64,000 nt of DNA, from positions 44,717 through 108,716 of the forward strand of contig JAUMYQ010000003.1 of the NCBI GenBank assembly GCA_030528555.1. The letters run 5' to 3'. Numbering within the stretch: position 1 is the first letter of the stretch; every line of letters begins with the position of its first letter. A program made the translations under genes and the position numbers. The notes beneath the pieces are model-generated. The model saw nothing but the letters and a program-made list of their open reading frames with translations. It was not told the DNA's origin and made no database searches. Source of the DNA: Porphyromonadaceae bacterium (GTDB lineage Bacteria > Bacteroidota > Bacteroidia > Bacteroidales > Porphyromonadaceae). Of the stretch, positions 27,974 to 38,467 are shown one piece after another.

Positions 27974-28876
27974 ATGATACAGAAAAAAATTAAGGCAGCT
28001 ATTGTCGGTTACGGTAATATCGGACACTACACGCTCCAGGCTCTGCAAGTCTCCGAGGACTTCGATATCGTTGGTATCGTGCGGCGAGATCCGATGGATG
28101 TCCCCCATGAACTACGTCCCTATCGAGTAGTAGCATCTGTCAATGACTTGGAGACCGTGGATGTGGCTATAATTTGTAGCCCCACACATCTGGTGAAGCA
28201 GATCGCCCTTGAGATACTAGATCGGGGTATTAGTACAGTAGACAGCTTCGATATCCACGGAGACATCGTTGCTCTGCGTCAGGTGCTTGGGGAGAAAGCT
28301 CGCGAGCGTGGCGCAGTGGCCGTCATCGCTTCTGGCTGGGATCCAGGAAGTGACTCAGTGGTGCGTACATTGATGCAAGCCATTGTTCCCAAAGGAATCA
28401 CCTATACCAACTTCGGTCCTGGAATGAGCATGGGGCACACTGTGGCGGTTAAGGCTGTTGAGGGGGTAACCAAGGCTCTATCGGTAACCATCCCTGTGGG
28501 AGCGGGTATCCATCGCCGTATGGTCTACGTAGAGCTCAAACCGGGCTATGATGCTGAGGGCGTGGTGGCGGCTATTAAGGCGGATGATTACTTCGCTCAC
28601 GATGAGACGCATGTGCAGGTAGTGGACTCGGTGGATGACTATATCGATATGGGGCATGGGGTTTACATGGTTCGCAAGGGCGTGTCGGGGCAGACGCAGA
28701 ATCAGATCTTGGAGTTCAACATGAAGATCAATAACCCCGCTCTAACAGCGCAAATTCTTGTCTCTTCGGCGCGAGCTGCCCTACGTCAAGCTCCTGGCTG
28801 CTACACGATGCAGGAAATACCAGTCATTGATCTCCTGCCTGGTGAGCGTGAGTACTGGATTGATAAATTGTGTTAA
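27974..28876 (+). CDS. ddh: meso-diaminopimelate D-dehydrogenase
   Basis: [33 protein letters not shown]; TAACTTTG promoter at 27937. Confidence 0.93.
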   Translation: MIQKKIKAAIVGYGNIGHYTLQALQVSEDFDIVGIVRRDPMDVPHELRPYRVVASVNDLETVDVAIICSPTHLVKQIALEILDRGISTVDSFDIHGDIVALRQVLGEKARERGAVAVIASGWDPGSDSVVRTLMQAIVPKGITYTNFGPGMSMGHTVAVKAVEGVTKALSVTIPVGAGIHRRMVYVELKPGYDAEGVVAAIKADDYFAHDETHVQVVDSVDDYIDMGHGVYMVRKGVSGQTQNQILEFNMKINNPALTAQILVSSARAALRQAPGCYTMQEIPVIDLLPGEREYWIDKLC

Positions 28877-28881
28877 GCTCT

Positions 28882-29778
28882 ATGCTGTTCGACATCGTTA
28901 CTTGGGATATTTCGCCCACTATTTTCGAGATATTTGACAAAGAAATACGTTGGTACTCGGTCCTCTTTGCTCTAGGTCTGCTCATCTTGGGTCCTAAGAT
29001 TGAGGAAAAGATCTGGCAGCGTGAGCGGCTCAACCCCGAGTGGATGAACTCTCTCTACGTATATGTGGTTCTAGGCACCATTATTGGGGCAAGGTTGGGG
29101 CATGTTCTCTTCTATGACCCCATAGAGTATCTAGCCAATCCGATTAAAATTCTTGCAGTCTGGGAGGGAGGTCTGGCGAGCCATGGAGGTACGCTGGGCA
29201 TCATTCTTGCAGTCTGGATATACTCTCGCCAGGTAGTTCACAAGCCGATTGTCTGGACTCTCGATCGCCTTGCTGTGCCAGTAGGATTGGTCGCTGCCCT
29301 TATCCGACTTGGCAATTTGATGAACAGTGAGATCTTTGGTCGACTGACCGACCTACCATGGGCTTTTCGCTTCGTGCGTACCTGGGAGTATCACGATATC
29401 GTCGCTCGAGCCAAGGCCGGGGAGACGCTCACAACACTAGAGCAGGGAGTGCTATCGGGTACGGCCGGTTGGCATCCTACTCAGATTTACGAAGCTTTGG
29501 GTTACATTGGGGTATTCGCTCTATGTATGTGGCTCTATTGGCAGCGAGATGCTATTCGCTATCCGGGGCTAATACTTGGGAGCTTCTTGACTGGGACTTT
29601 CGGCCTACGCATTATCGTAGAGCGTATTAAGAATGTTCAAGAGCCTTGGGAGTTAGACCTTATGGCCAATATTGGGCTCAATATGGGGCAGCTGCTGAGT
29701 GTGCCCTTTGTCCTCGTGGGGCTGTGGCTTATAGCTCGGGCACTCAGGCGGGGGAAGCAGGCTATAGACGGACTATAA
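28882..29778 (+). CDS. lgt: Prolipoprotein diacylglyceryl transferase
   Basis: [43 protein letters not shown]. Confidence 0.95.
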   Translation: MLFDIVTWDISPTIFEIFDKEIRWYSVLFALGLLILGPKIEEKIWQRERLNPEWMNSLYVYVVLGTIIGARLGHVLFYDPIEYLANPIKILAVWEGGLASHGGTLGIILAVWIYSRQVVHKPIVWTLDRLAVPVGLVAALIRLGNLMNSEIFGRLTDLPWAFRFVRTWEYHDIVARAKAGETLTTLEQGVLSGTAGWHPTQIYEALGYIGVFALCMWLYWQRDAIRYPGLILGSFLTGTFGLRIIVERIKNVQEPWELDLMANIGLNMGQLLSVPFVLVGLWLIARALRRGKQAIDGL

Positions 29779-29796
29779 ACAAACTTAAATAAGACT

Positions 29797-31017
29797 ATGT
29801 ATCAGGTTCCTCAGATTACGGACTCTATTTACTATGTGGGGGTAAACGACCGCACCAAGCAGCTCTTTGAGAATATGTGGTCACTGCCCTATGGTGTGTC
29901 TTACAACTCTTACCTTATTGTTGATGAGTATACTACGCTGATAGATACGGTAGATGTCTGCTATTCCGATGTATTCTTTCACAAGCTCGATACAGTGCTT
30001 GAGTCTAGGGAGCTAGACTACCTTATCGTCAATCACATGGAGCCCGACCATGGTGGCTCTATAGGGTTGCTTCGTCAGCGGTATCCCAATGTCAAGATTA
30101 TTGGCAACAAGAAGACTTTCGACATGCTCAAGGGCTATCACGGGATTACCGAGGGGCTTATTGAGGTCAAGAGTGGGGATGCTATCCGCGTTGGTAAGCA
30201 TGAGTTCTCTTTCTTGCTCGCTCCGATGGTGCACTGGCCAGAGGTGATGTTTACCTATGAGCAGACTCAGCGGGTACTCTTCTCGGCCGATGCCTTCGGG
30301 ACTTTCGGAGCGCTGTGTGGGCATGTTTTTGATCACGAGGTAGACCTGACCATATATCTGGCAGAGATGCACCGCTATTACTCTTGCATTGTGGGTAAGT
30401 ATGGCAATTTCGTTCAGAAAGCCCTTAAGGCCATGCAGGAGCAGTCGTTGCCCATTGACTATGTTTGCCCTACTCATGGAGTGGTCTGGACAGAGCGTCA
30501 CTTTCCTGAAGCACTTGCTATCTACGATCGGCTTAGTCGTTACAAAGGCGATGAGGGGGTGGTTGTCCTCTATGGCTCTATGTATGGCAATACTGAGCAG
30601 ATGGCCGACATTATTGCTCAGGCTCTTTCCAAGGAGGGCATCCGGAATATCGTCTGCCATAACGTCAGCAAGAGTGACCCTTCTCAGATTCTCTGTGACA
30701 TTTTCCGCTACAAAGCCCTTATTGTCGGTAGTCCAACCTACTGCGGCTCACTCTTCTCTCCGATTGAGAATATCCTAAATCTTGTTCGTATTCGCGATGT
30801 GAAGCACCGACTCTACGCCACCTTCGGATCTTATACTTGGGCTCCTGCCGCGGTTAAGAAGCTCGTCCCCTTTGCGGAGGAGATGGGCTGGACGCTTGTC
30901 GGTTCCCCCGTGGAGCTGAAGATGGCCGACCTTCCCTCGGTTATCGATGCGGCCTGGGCACTTGGTGTGGAGGTCGCTACGGCTATCAAGACAGACAGAG
31001 ACTGCAACAATCTATAA
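29797..31017 (+). CDS. fprA: FprA-family flavodiiron protein (O2/NO reductase)
   Basis: SYNSYL, NHMEPDH, HWPE, SADAFG, YGSMYGNT, GSPT. Confidence 0.92.
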   Translation: MYQVPQITDSIYYVGVNDRTKQLFENMWSLPYGVSYNSYLIVDEYTTLIDTVDVCYSDVFFHKLDTVLESRELDYLIVNHMEPDHGGSIGLLRQRYPNVKIIGNKKTFDMLKGYHGITEGLIEVKSGDAIRVGKHEFSFLLAPMVHWPEVMFTYEQTQRVLFSADAFGTFGALCGHVFDHEVDLTIYLAEMHRYYSCIVGKYGNFVQKALKAMQEQSLPIDYVCPTHGVVWTERHFPEALAIYDRLSRYKGDEGVVVLYGSMYGNTEQMADIIAQALSKEGIRNIVCHNVSKSDPSQILCDIFRYKALIVGSPTYCGSLFSPIENILNLVRIRDVKHRLYATFGSYTWAPAAVKKLVPFAEEMGWTLVGSPVELKMADLPSVIDAAWALGVEVATAIKTDRDCNNL

Positions 31018-31039
31018 ACCTAAATAAATATCATTCTAA

Positions 31040-31834
31040 ATGAGATTGATTATTCAGCCAGATTATCAGGCTATTTCAGTGTGGGCTGCGGACTACGTGG
31101 TTGAGCGCATTAACTCTTTCGTTCCTTCAGAAGATCATCCCTATTTCGTCCTTGGTCTACCTACAGGCTCCTCGCCTCTAGGCATGTACCGGGCTCTAGT
31201 GGAAGCTCATAAGGCAGGTCGTGTGTCGTTTGCAGACGTTATTACGTTCAATATGGACGAATATATTGGTCTCCCGAAGGACCATCCCGAGAGCTATCAC
31301 TCTTTTATGTGGAACAACTTCTTCAGCCACATAGATATTAATCCTGACAACGTGCATATTCTAAATGGCAATGCCGCTAATCCAGAGGTGGAGTGTGCGG
31401 CCTACGAAGAGAAGATGAAGAGTGTCGGCGGCGTAGATCTCTTCCTTGGGGGCATTGGTCCTGATGGGCACATCGCTTTTAACGAGCCAGGCTCTTCGTT
31501 AACTTCACGAACTAGGGTCAAGACCTTGACTACGGATACTATCATCGCCAACTCTCGCTTCTTCGATGGGGATATCAACAAAGTACCCAAGACGGCAATG
31601 ACTGTAGGGGTTGGGACAGTCATGGATGCTCGTGAGGTACTTATCCTTGTCAACGGCCATGCCAAGGCGCGCGCGTTGCAACAAGCAGTAGAGGGTTCTA
31701 TCAATCAAATGTGGACAATCACGGCCCTACAAATGCATTCAAGAGGTATCATTGTTTGTGATGAGGCTGCTTGTATTGACCTCAAAGTAGGTACTTACCT
31801 ATATTTTAAGGATATTGAGCGTAATAATCTGTAA
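31040..31834 (+). CDS. nagB: Glucosamine-6-phosphate deaminase
   Basis: [30 protein letters not shown] with the catalytic residues intact. Confidence 0.97.
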   Translation: MRLIIQPDYQAISVWAADYVVERINSFVPSEDHPYFVLGLPTGSSPLGMYRALVEAHKAGRVSFADVITFNMDEYIGLPKDHPESYHSFMWNNFFSHIDINPDNVHILNGNAANPEVECAAYEEKMKSVGGVDLFLGGIGPDGHIAFNEPGSSLTSRTRVKTLTTDTIIANSRFFDGDINKVPKTAMTVGVGTVMDAREVLILVNGHAKARALQQAVEGSINQMWTITALQMHSRGIIVCDEAACIDLKVGTYLYFKDIERNNL

Positions 31835-31984
31835 AATTGTAGGGCAAGGGCCATTAGATAACCTCTAGTCCTTGCGTGAAATTAAAGATTTATTGTACAT
31901 TTGACTGTTGTAAGGTGGCATCGGTCTCCTGGCTGTGCCATCCTTGCGAGTAGTAATCGTAGTATAACAATAATTTGAAGTCTC

Positions 31985-32248
31985 ATGAACAAGACAGAAT
32001 TTATCGCAAGTGTAGCTGAGAAGGCAGGGCTGAGTAAGGCTGATGCCCAGAAGGCTGTAAATGCTTTTGCAGATGTTGTCGTAGAGCAGCTCAAGGCTGG
32101 TGAGAAGGTTACCCTTCTTGGATTTGGCACCTTTGCCGTGCAAGACAAGCCTGAGCGTACGGGTATCAACCCTAAGACCAAGGAGAAGATCAAGATTGCA
32201 GCTCGTAAAGTAGCCAAGTTCAAGCCAGGCGCAGCTCTTGAGCTATAG
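31985..32248 (+). CDS. hup: DNA-binding protein HU
   Basis: [24 protein letters not shown]; TACATTTG promoter at 31896. Confidence 0.97.
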   Translation: MNKTEFIASVAEKAGLSKADAQKAVNAFADVVVEQLKAGEKVTLLGFGTFAVQDKPERTGINPKTKEKIKIAARKVAKFKPGAALEL

Positions 32249-32273
32249 ACTTTAGCCAGACAGCAGATACATG

Positions 32274-32310
32274 AGCCTCGGCATACGCTTTGGTATGCTG
32301 GGGCTTTTGT
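32274..32310 (+). terminator. Intrinsic terminator after hup
   Basis: Stem AGCCTCGGCATAC/GTATGCTGGGGCT followed by TTTGT. Confidence 0.7.
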
Positions 32311-32349
32311 TGTATTATCTTTCTTGAGTTTTGTACAATATTAATCAGA

Positions 32350-33648
32350 ATGATGAAGCAAACTAAGAGGTCTAACGAGCTATTTGAAGAAGCTTGTCGA
32401 CTCATCCCAGGAGGGGTTAATAGTCCTGTACGGGCATTTCGTTCCGTCGGGATGCCCCCCACCTACATAGATAGAGGGGAGGGTAGTCGTATCTGGGATG
32501 TGGATGGCAACGAGTATTTGGATATGATTGGCTCGTGGGGGCCTCTTATCTTGGGGCATAACCATACAGCAGTACGCACTGCTATTGAGAGTGAGTTATC
32601 TCGAGGTATAAGTTATGGAGCGTGTAATGCTCGTGAGGTGGAGATGGCAGGATTAATAGTCGATCGTTTCCCCTCTATTGATCAGATTCGTATGGTTAGT
32701 TCTGGTACGGAGGCTACAATGAGTGCCATACGTTTGGCTCGTGGTTATACGGGAAAGGAACGGATTGTCAAATTCGATGGTTGTTATCATGGGCATGCCG
32801 ATGGTTTTCTCATCCAAGCGGGGTCTGGTTTGGCTACCTATGGAAAGGCAGGTAGTGCAGGCATTACTTCGCAAACAGTGAATGATACGATTGTTGCTAC
32901 CTACAACGATATTGAGAGTGTTCGTTGCATCCTCAATGAGCTGGGTAGGGAGATCGCTGCCGTTATCCTTGAGCCGATTATGGGTAATATGGGGTTAATT
33001 CTGCCAGAAGAGGGGTTTTTGCGAGAGTTACGTAGTCTAACCGAAGAGTATGGAGTACTACTTATTTTTGATGAAGTCATTAGCGGATTTCGTATTTCTC
33101 GAGGTGGTGCTCAGCAGCTCTATGGTATTTGTCCTGATCTCACTTGCCTTGGTAAGATCATTGGTGGCGGTCTGCCAGTAGGAGCTTTTGGTGGCAGAGC
33201 CGATATAATGAGTCATCTCTCGCCCCTTGGAGATGTTTATCAAGCTGGTACGCTCTCGGGGAATCCGCTCGCCCTATCAGCTGGCATTGCTCTCTTAAGA
33301 GAGCTTGACCAGCCTGGTGTCTATGAGGGGCTAGAAGCCAAGGGACAGTGGCTTGAGGAGCTAATTCGCCCGATGCTCGAGAAGTACTCAGAGGATATTT
33401 CCTATACGCGTCAAGGCTCTCTCTCTACCCTGTTTTTTCGTCCTGGAGGTGTCCGCTCTTCGGCTGAGGCTCGAGAATGCAATACGGAGCAGTATGCTAC
33501 ATACTTCCGAGCAATGTTCGAGAGGGGCATTTATCTGCCTCCTTCGCAGTTCGAGTGCATGTTCCTCTCCTCTGCCCACACTGAGGCAGACTTGCTGTAT
33601 CTATCAGAGGCAATGACCGAAGCCCTTATCATTACTTTGGGATATTAA
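32350..33648 (+). CDS. hemL: Glutamate-1-semialdehyde 2,1-aminomutase
   Basis: PGGVNSPVRAF, SWGP, SGTEATM, GCYHGH, FDEV, GKIIGGG, QAGTLSGNP, PSQFE. Confidence 0.95.
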   Translation: MMKQTKRSNELFEEACRLIPGGVNSPVRAFRSVGMPPTYIDRGEGSRIWDVDGNEYLDMIGSWGPLILGHNHTAVRTAIESELSRGISYGACNAREVEMAGLIVDRFPSIDQIRMVSSGTEATMSAIRLARGYTGKERIVKFDGCYHGHADGFLIQAGSGLATYGKAGSAGITSQTVNDTIVATYNDIESVRCILNELGREIAAVILEPIMGNMGLILPEEGFLRELRSLTEEYGVLLIFDEVISGFRISRGGAQQLYGICPDLTCLGKIIGGGLPVGAFGGRADIMSHLSPLGDVYQAGTLSGNPLALSAGIALLRELDQPGVYEGLEAKGQWLEELIRPMLEKYSEDISYTRQGSLSTLFFRPGGVRSSAEARECNTEQYATYFRAMFERGIYLPPSQFECMFLSSAHTEADLLYLSEAMTEALIITLGY

Positions 33649-33650
33649 TC

Positions 33651-34526
33651 ATGAGATATACTGCATATACCTTTACTGCTCAGTTTGAGGTTCAGCGACT
33701 AGACCTTGATCTCGAGGTTGTTTATGATCTGCTAGCCGATGCTCTTGGTGAAGCTGGCTTCGATAGCTTCGAGCAAACTGGAGAAAAGCTTCAGGCCTAC
33801 ATTCCTACGGAGCTGGAAGCCAGAGTGAGTCTGGCTGAGATATTTGACCAAATGCCTTTCGAGGGGCTAAGCTATACCTATGAAAGTGAAGCTGTCCCTG
33901 AGGTTAATTGGAACGAAGAGTGGGAGAAAAACTACTTCAACCCCATTGTCCTTGGTGAGGGGCTTTGTGTAGTGCGGGCACCCTTTCATACAGACTATCC
34001 CCAAGCGCACACGGAGGTGATAATTCAGCCCAAGATGGCCTTTGGTACAGGCAACCACGACACCACGGCTCTTATCATTGCCTATCTCCTGGAACAAGAT
34101 CTTAGGGGATTAAATGTCCTTGATATGGGTGCAGGTTCGGGTATCCTCGGCATCCTCGCTCTTAAACTTGGGGCAGCTAGCCTTACCGCTATAGATATAG
34201 ATGAGTGGGCATACCAAAATATTCTTGAGAATGCCGAGCTAAATGGTGTGGAAGTAGCTTGTGCTATGCAAGGCAATGCTACTAATCTAGAGGGACGAGG
34301 GCCCTTTGACCTTGTTCTGGCTAATATTACTCGCAACGTACTACTAGAAGATATGCCTAACTATGTGGCAGTGATGTCTCCAAGGGGACGGATCGTCTTC
34401 AGTGGATTTTATGAAGAAGATGTACCGTACCTGATGGCTCGAGGCGAGACCCTTGGGTTAAAATATAGATCTCATAATACTCGTAATAGATGGATGCTAC
34501 TCGAGATGGAACTATTTCCAGACTAA
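33651..34526 (+). CDS. prmA: Ribosomal protein L11 methyltransferase
   Basis: NWNEEW, PKMAFGTGNH, LDMGAGSGIL, LANI. Confidence 0.93.
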   Translation: MRYTAYTFTAQFEVQRLDLDLEVVYDLLADALGEAGFDSFEQTGEKLQAYIPTELEARVSLAEIFDQMPFEGLSYTYESEAVPEVNWNEEWEKNYFNPIVLGEGLCVVRAPFHTDYPQAHTEVIIQPKMAFGTGNHDTTALIIAYLLEQDLRGLNVLDMGAGSGILGILALKLGAASLTAIDIDEWAYQNILENAELNGVEVACAMQGNATNLEGRGPFDLVLANITRNVLLEDMPNYVAVMSPRGRIVFSGFYEEDVPYLMARGETLGLKYRSHNTRNRWMLLEMELFPD

Positions 34527-34616
34527 GGACTGAGGCAATATTTGCACGAGTGAGATTTTATCTTACATTTGCCCTTGGTATATGTTAATCCATTGTAACT
34601 AAAAAAGTAAGATTCT

Positions 34617-36305
34617 ATGAAGAAAGTATTCGCTTTTCTAAGCCTTACAGTAGGCCTGGGGCTGTCTTCTGTGGCTATGGCACAGGGTGGAATAGATTAT
34701 TCTACTCTGTGTAAATGGGACGAAGCCAAGAACCCGAGGAAGGACCGAGATCGTGTAGTACAGACCTTGGAGATTACAGGAGCTACTACAGCTGGAGGAG
34801 AAATTATTCCTCAGCAGCTAGTGTCGGTGGCTGGCGTAGGTGCTACTCGTACGACCACGATTAACTTTGATAGGACTAGTCAGACGCCTATCCGTGTATC
34901 AAGAGGAAATCAGATTACTGTACAGCCAAGATTTAACAATCTGTATTGGACACATTTCTATTTATACATAGATTACAATCATGATGGTATGTTTGGGGAA
35001 GACGAGCTCGTATCTTTTACACACTATCGTGAGGGGACGTCTGGCAATTTTGTCAATAGCGTAGGAGAGACTTTCTCGAGTGGAGATGTACGCAATGGCG
35101 GTAAGATGCCTGTGTTTATTGTTCCTGAAATAGCTATGGCTGGGCAAACTCGTGCTCGTTTCAAGGCCGACTGGAACAGCAAAGATCCTTGTGGAGACAA
35201 GGACTTAGCTAATAATCGTGGTACCATCTGTGACTTTACACTCGAAGTATTAGAGGAGGAAGTAGCCAAGTCTGGTTATACGTTTACGGTCAAGGTAGAA
35301 GGCAGTGGTACGGCCAAGGTTTATGATATCCTCACCGATGAAGAGATTACAGATCTGAGTAATCTTGATGACCCAGATCAGTTGCTAGAGCTACGCCCAA
35401 AAGCAAATGATGGCTGGGAGATTACTGAGCTGAAAATTGATGGAGCTGATATGATGAGTGAGCGTGATGAGCATGGTAACCTTCCCCTTATGGCAGATCG
35501 AGACAAGACCATTACGGTTAAGTTCGAGCGTAAGGCTTTCCATATAGTAAGAGTTCGCTATAATGAAGAGAAAGGAGGAATGATATCGCTCCTTAAGAAG
35601 TCTGGAGGAAGCATCCAGAGTGGTGATCAGGTGGAGCCAGGTACGCAGCTTATAATTTACTTGTCACTCTTCCCTGGAAAGCAAGCCAAGAAGCTCATAG
35701 TCAATGGTGAGGATATGAGTACAGAGATTGATAATGCTCAAGCTGGTAAGTTCGAGATTACGGTAAATAAAAATATCGAGATCGAACTGCAAACGGAGCA
35801 TATTATGGAATCTTATGTATATGAGTTCAACGCTGAGGGGGGCAAGGTAAAGGCTGCATATCAAGAAGGAGAGCAAGAGTTTGCCTCTGGAGATATGGTT
35901 AAGCAGTATGCCAAGATACAGTTTGTCGTAGAGCCCAATGAAGGCTATAAGTTAACATCTATAGCTCGTAGAGATAAGCCAGAAACCAATCTTATTGATA
36001 GGCTGGACAAGATTGGGGAGAATATATATGGAACTCGTGTAATTCCCAATGACCCAGGCTTCATCTTTACTTTTACTAAGACTACTGGCATAGTGGGTAT
36101 CGAGGCCCTTAGCTACGGAGTGCGCGCGACTAAGGGTTCTGTAGTCGTAGAGGGAGCCCGTGGGCAGATTGTTGAGATCTATAATGCTCTTGGAGTACGT
36201 GTAGCTAGGACAATGGTGCATAATGCTCGTTTTAGTCTCTCGGTAGATAAGGGAGTTTACCTTGTTAAGATTGGTAAGACTATTACTAAGGTAGTCGTGG
36301 ACTAA
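34617..36305 (+). CDS. T9SS-secreted protein: signal peptide, GEVED-like domain, three beta-repeat domains, T9SS C-terminal domain
   Basis: YIDYNHDG...TRARFK...DPCG...GTICDFTL; repeated (A/P)NxG(W/Y) stalk units; KGVYLVKIG...KVVV C-terminus; TACATTTG promoter at 34564. Confidence 0.8.
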   Translation: MKKVFAFLSLTVGLGLSSVAMAQGGIDYSTLCKWDEAKNPRKDRDRVVQTLEITGATTAGGEIIPQQLVSVAGVGATRTTTINFDRTSQTPIRVSRGNQITVQPRFNNLYWTHFYLYIDYNHDGMFGEDELVSFTHYREGTSGNFVNSVGETFSSGDVRNGGKMPVFIVPEIAMAGQTRARFKADWNSKDPCGDKDLANNRGTICDFTLEVLEEEVAKSGYTFTVKVEGSGTAKVYDILTDEEITDLSNLDDPDQLLELRPKANDGWEITELKIDGADMMSERDEHGNLPLMADRDKTITVKFERKAFHIVRVRYNEEKGGMISLLKKSGGSIQSGDQVEPGTQLIIYLSLFPGKQAKKLIVNGEDMSTEIDNAQAGKFEITVNKNIEIELQTEHIMESYVYEFNAEGGKVKAAYQEGEQEFASGDMVKQYAKIQFVVEPNEGYKLTSIARRDKPETNLIDRLDKIGENIYGTRVIPNDPGFIFTFTKTTGIVGIEALSYGVRATKGSVVVEGARGQIVEIYNALGVRVARTMVHNARFSLSVDKGVYLVKIGKTITKVVVD

Positions 36306-36336
36306 GATATTCCAATTCGGTTTAACAACGTTTGAT

Positions 36337-36377
36337 AGAGGGAGGCAGTCAATAGGGCTGTCTCCCTCTCCTTTTTT
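36337..36377 (+). terminator. Intrinsic terminator after the T9SS cargo gene
   Basis: Stem AGAGGGAGGCAGTC/GGCTGTCTCCCTCT followed by CCTTTTTT. Confidence 0.8.
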
Positions 36378-36394
36378 AGTTCTTCAGAGGTGTC

Positions 36395-36505
36395 CAAAAA
36401 ATCTTCGGGAACTTCTGAAAAAAACTTCCCGATCTTTTTCCAAAAAGTTCGGGAACTCCGAAAAAAAAGATCGGGAAGTTTTTTTGAAAGTTCGAGAACA
36501 TTTTT
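36395..36505 (-). repeat. Dispersed ~115-bp intergenic element, copy 2 (most diverged)
   Basis: Cores at 36405, 36427, 36449, 36471, 36492; reverse complement aligns to the other copies, with one end unit variant. Confidence 0.9.
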
Positions 36506-36676
36506 CTGCTACAAATGGGTGTGTTGATAAATATTTGTATTACAGCTGATTGTTGGTTTTCTTGTTAGATAGCAAATCCATTCGACAACTGTTCTTTGTC
36601 TTGGTATGATTGTCATGTTTGCGCCCTGGAAATTCGGGAATGAGTATCTGAGTTTTTGCGTAAATTTGTAGCACTT

Positions 36677-38464
36677 ATGGATAGAATTAGGAACTTCTGC
36701 ATTATTGCACATATCGACCACGGCAAAAGCACCTTAGCCGATAGGTTATTAGAGACGACACAGACAGTTACGGGTAAGGAGTTGCAAGAACAGGTCCTTG
36801 ATAATATGGACTTAGAGCGTGAGCGTGGTATCACGATCAAGAGCCATGCCATACAGATGAACTATAAGCACGAGCATAAGGACTATGTGCTCAATCTCAT
36901 AGATACTCCAGGACATGTGGACTTTAGCTACGAAGTCTCTCGTTCTATTGCAGCTTGTGAAGGAGCACTTCTCATCGTAGATGCAGCTCAGGGCATTCAA
37001 GCGCAGACTATCTCTAACCTATATATGGCTCTGGAGCATGATCTGGAGATTATTCCTATCGTTAATAAGGTGGATTTACCGAGCGCGATGCCTGAGGAGG
37101 TAGAAGATCAGATCATAGAGCTACTGGGCTGTAAGCGTGAGGAAATCATTCGAGCCAGTGGTAAGACGGGCATCGGGGTAGAGGATATTCTAGGTGCTAT
37201 CGTGAAGCGCATCCCTGCACCTAAGGGAGATCCCAATGCCCCTCTCCAATGCCTCATTTTCGATTCAGTATTCAATCCTTTTAGAGGTATTATTGCTTAT
37301 TTTAAAGTAGTTAATGGAAGGATCAAGAAGGGAGATCATGTAAAGTTCATCGCTACGGGCAAAGAGTACGATGCCGATGAAGTGGGCGTACTACGTCTAG
37401 ATATGGAGCCTCGCAAGGAGGTTACTACAGGCGATGTGGGCTACATCATCTCGGGTATCAAGACGAGCAAGGAGGTCAAGGTGGGTGATACTATCACCCA
37501 TGTAGTAGGTGGGGCATCCGAGGCCATTGCGGGCTTTGAGGAGGTTAAGCCGATGGTCTTCGCTGGGCTTTATCCTATCGAGAGTGAAGACTTTGAAAAT
37601 TTGCGTGCTTCGCTTGAGAAATTGCAGCTTAACGATGCCTCCCTAACGTTCCAGCCTGAGAGCTCGGCTGCCCTAGGCTTCGGGTTCCGTTGTGGCTTCC
37701 TAGGCCTATTGCATATGGAGATTATTCAGGAACGCCTCGATCGTGAGTTCAATATGAATGTGATTACGACAGTCCCCAACGTGTCCTACAAAGTGTACGA
37801 CAAAAAAGGTAACTGCCTCGAGGTGCATAACCCTGCAGGATTACCTGAACCTACCCATATTGAACGCATCGAAGAGCCTTATATCCGAGCCTCGGTCATT
37901 ACGAATACTACTTATATAGGTCCGATCATGACGCTCTGCCTTGGCAAGCGTGGTCAGCTCGTTAAGCAGGAGTATATCTCGGGCGATCGTATCGAGATAT
38001 TCTTCGATTTGCCTTTGGGCGAGATTGTGATCGACTTCTATGACAAGCTCAAGAGTATCTCCAAGGGCTATGCTTCGTTCGATTATCACATTAGTGAGTT
38101 TCGGCCTAGCAAGCTTGTCAAACTTGATATTCTCCTCAATGGAGATTCGGTAGATGCCCTCTCGACATTGACTCACGTAGACAATAGCGTGCCCTTTGGG
38201 CGGCGGATGTGTGAGAAGCTCAAAGAACTGATCCCACGTCAGCAGTTCGACATCGCTATTCAAGCTGCTATCGGAGCTAAGGTTATCGCACGAGAAACGA
38301 TCAAGGCCGTACGTAAAGACGTTACGGCTAAGTGCTATGGGGGCGATGTGTCCCGTAAGCGTAAGCTGCTCGAGAAGCAAAAGGAGGGTAAGAAGCGCAT
38401 GAAGCAGATCGGAACCGTGGAGGTTCCGCAGAAGGCATTCCTAGCGGTACTCAAGCTCGACTAA
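36677..38464 (+). CDS. lepA: Elongation factor 4
   Basis: [45 protein letters not shown]; TAAATTTG at 36661. Confidence 0.98.
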   Translation: MDRIRNFCIIAHIDHGKSTLADRLLETTQTVTGKELQEQVLDNMDLERERGITIKSHAIQMNYKHEHKDYVLNLIDTPGHVDFSYEVSRSIAACEGALLIVDAAQGIQAQTISNLYMALEHDLEIIPIVNKVDLPSAMPEEVEDQIIELLGCKREEIIRASGKTGIGVEDILGAIVKRIPAPKGDPNAPLQCLIFDSVFNPFRGIIAYFKVVNGRIKKGDHVKFIATGKEYDADEVGVLRLDMEPRKEVTTGDVGYIISGIKTSKEVKVGDTITHVVGGASEAIAGFEEVKPMVFAGLYPIESEDFENLRASLEKLQLNDASLTFQPESSAALGFGFRCGFLGLLHMEIIQERLDREFNMNVITTVPNVSYKVYDKKGNCLEVHNPAGLPEPTHIERIEEPYIRASVITNTTYIGPIMTLCLGKRGQLVKQEYISGDRIEIFFDLPLGEIVIDFYDKLKSISKGYASFDYHISEFRPSKLVKLDILLNGDSVDALSTLTHVDNSVPFGRRMCEKLKELIPRQQFDIAIQAAIGAKVIARETIKAVRKDVTAKCYGGDVSRKRKLLEKQKEGKKRMKQIGTVEVPQKAFLAVLKLD

Positions 38465-38467
38465 CTT

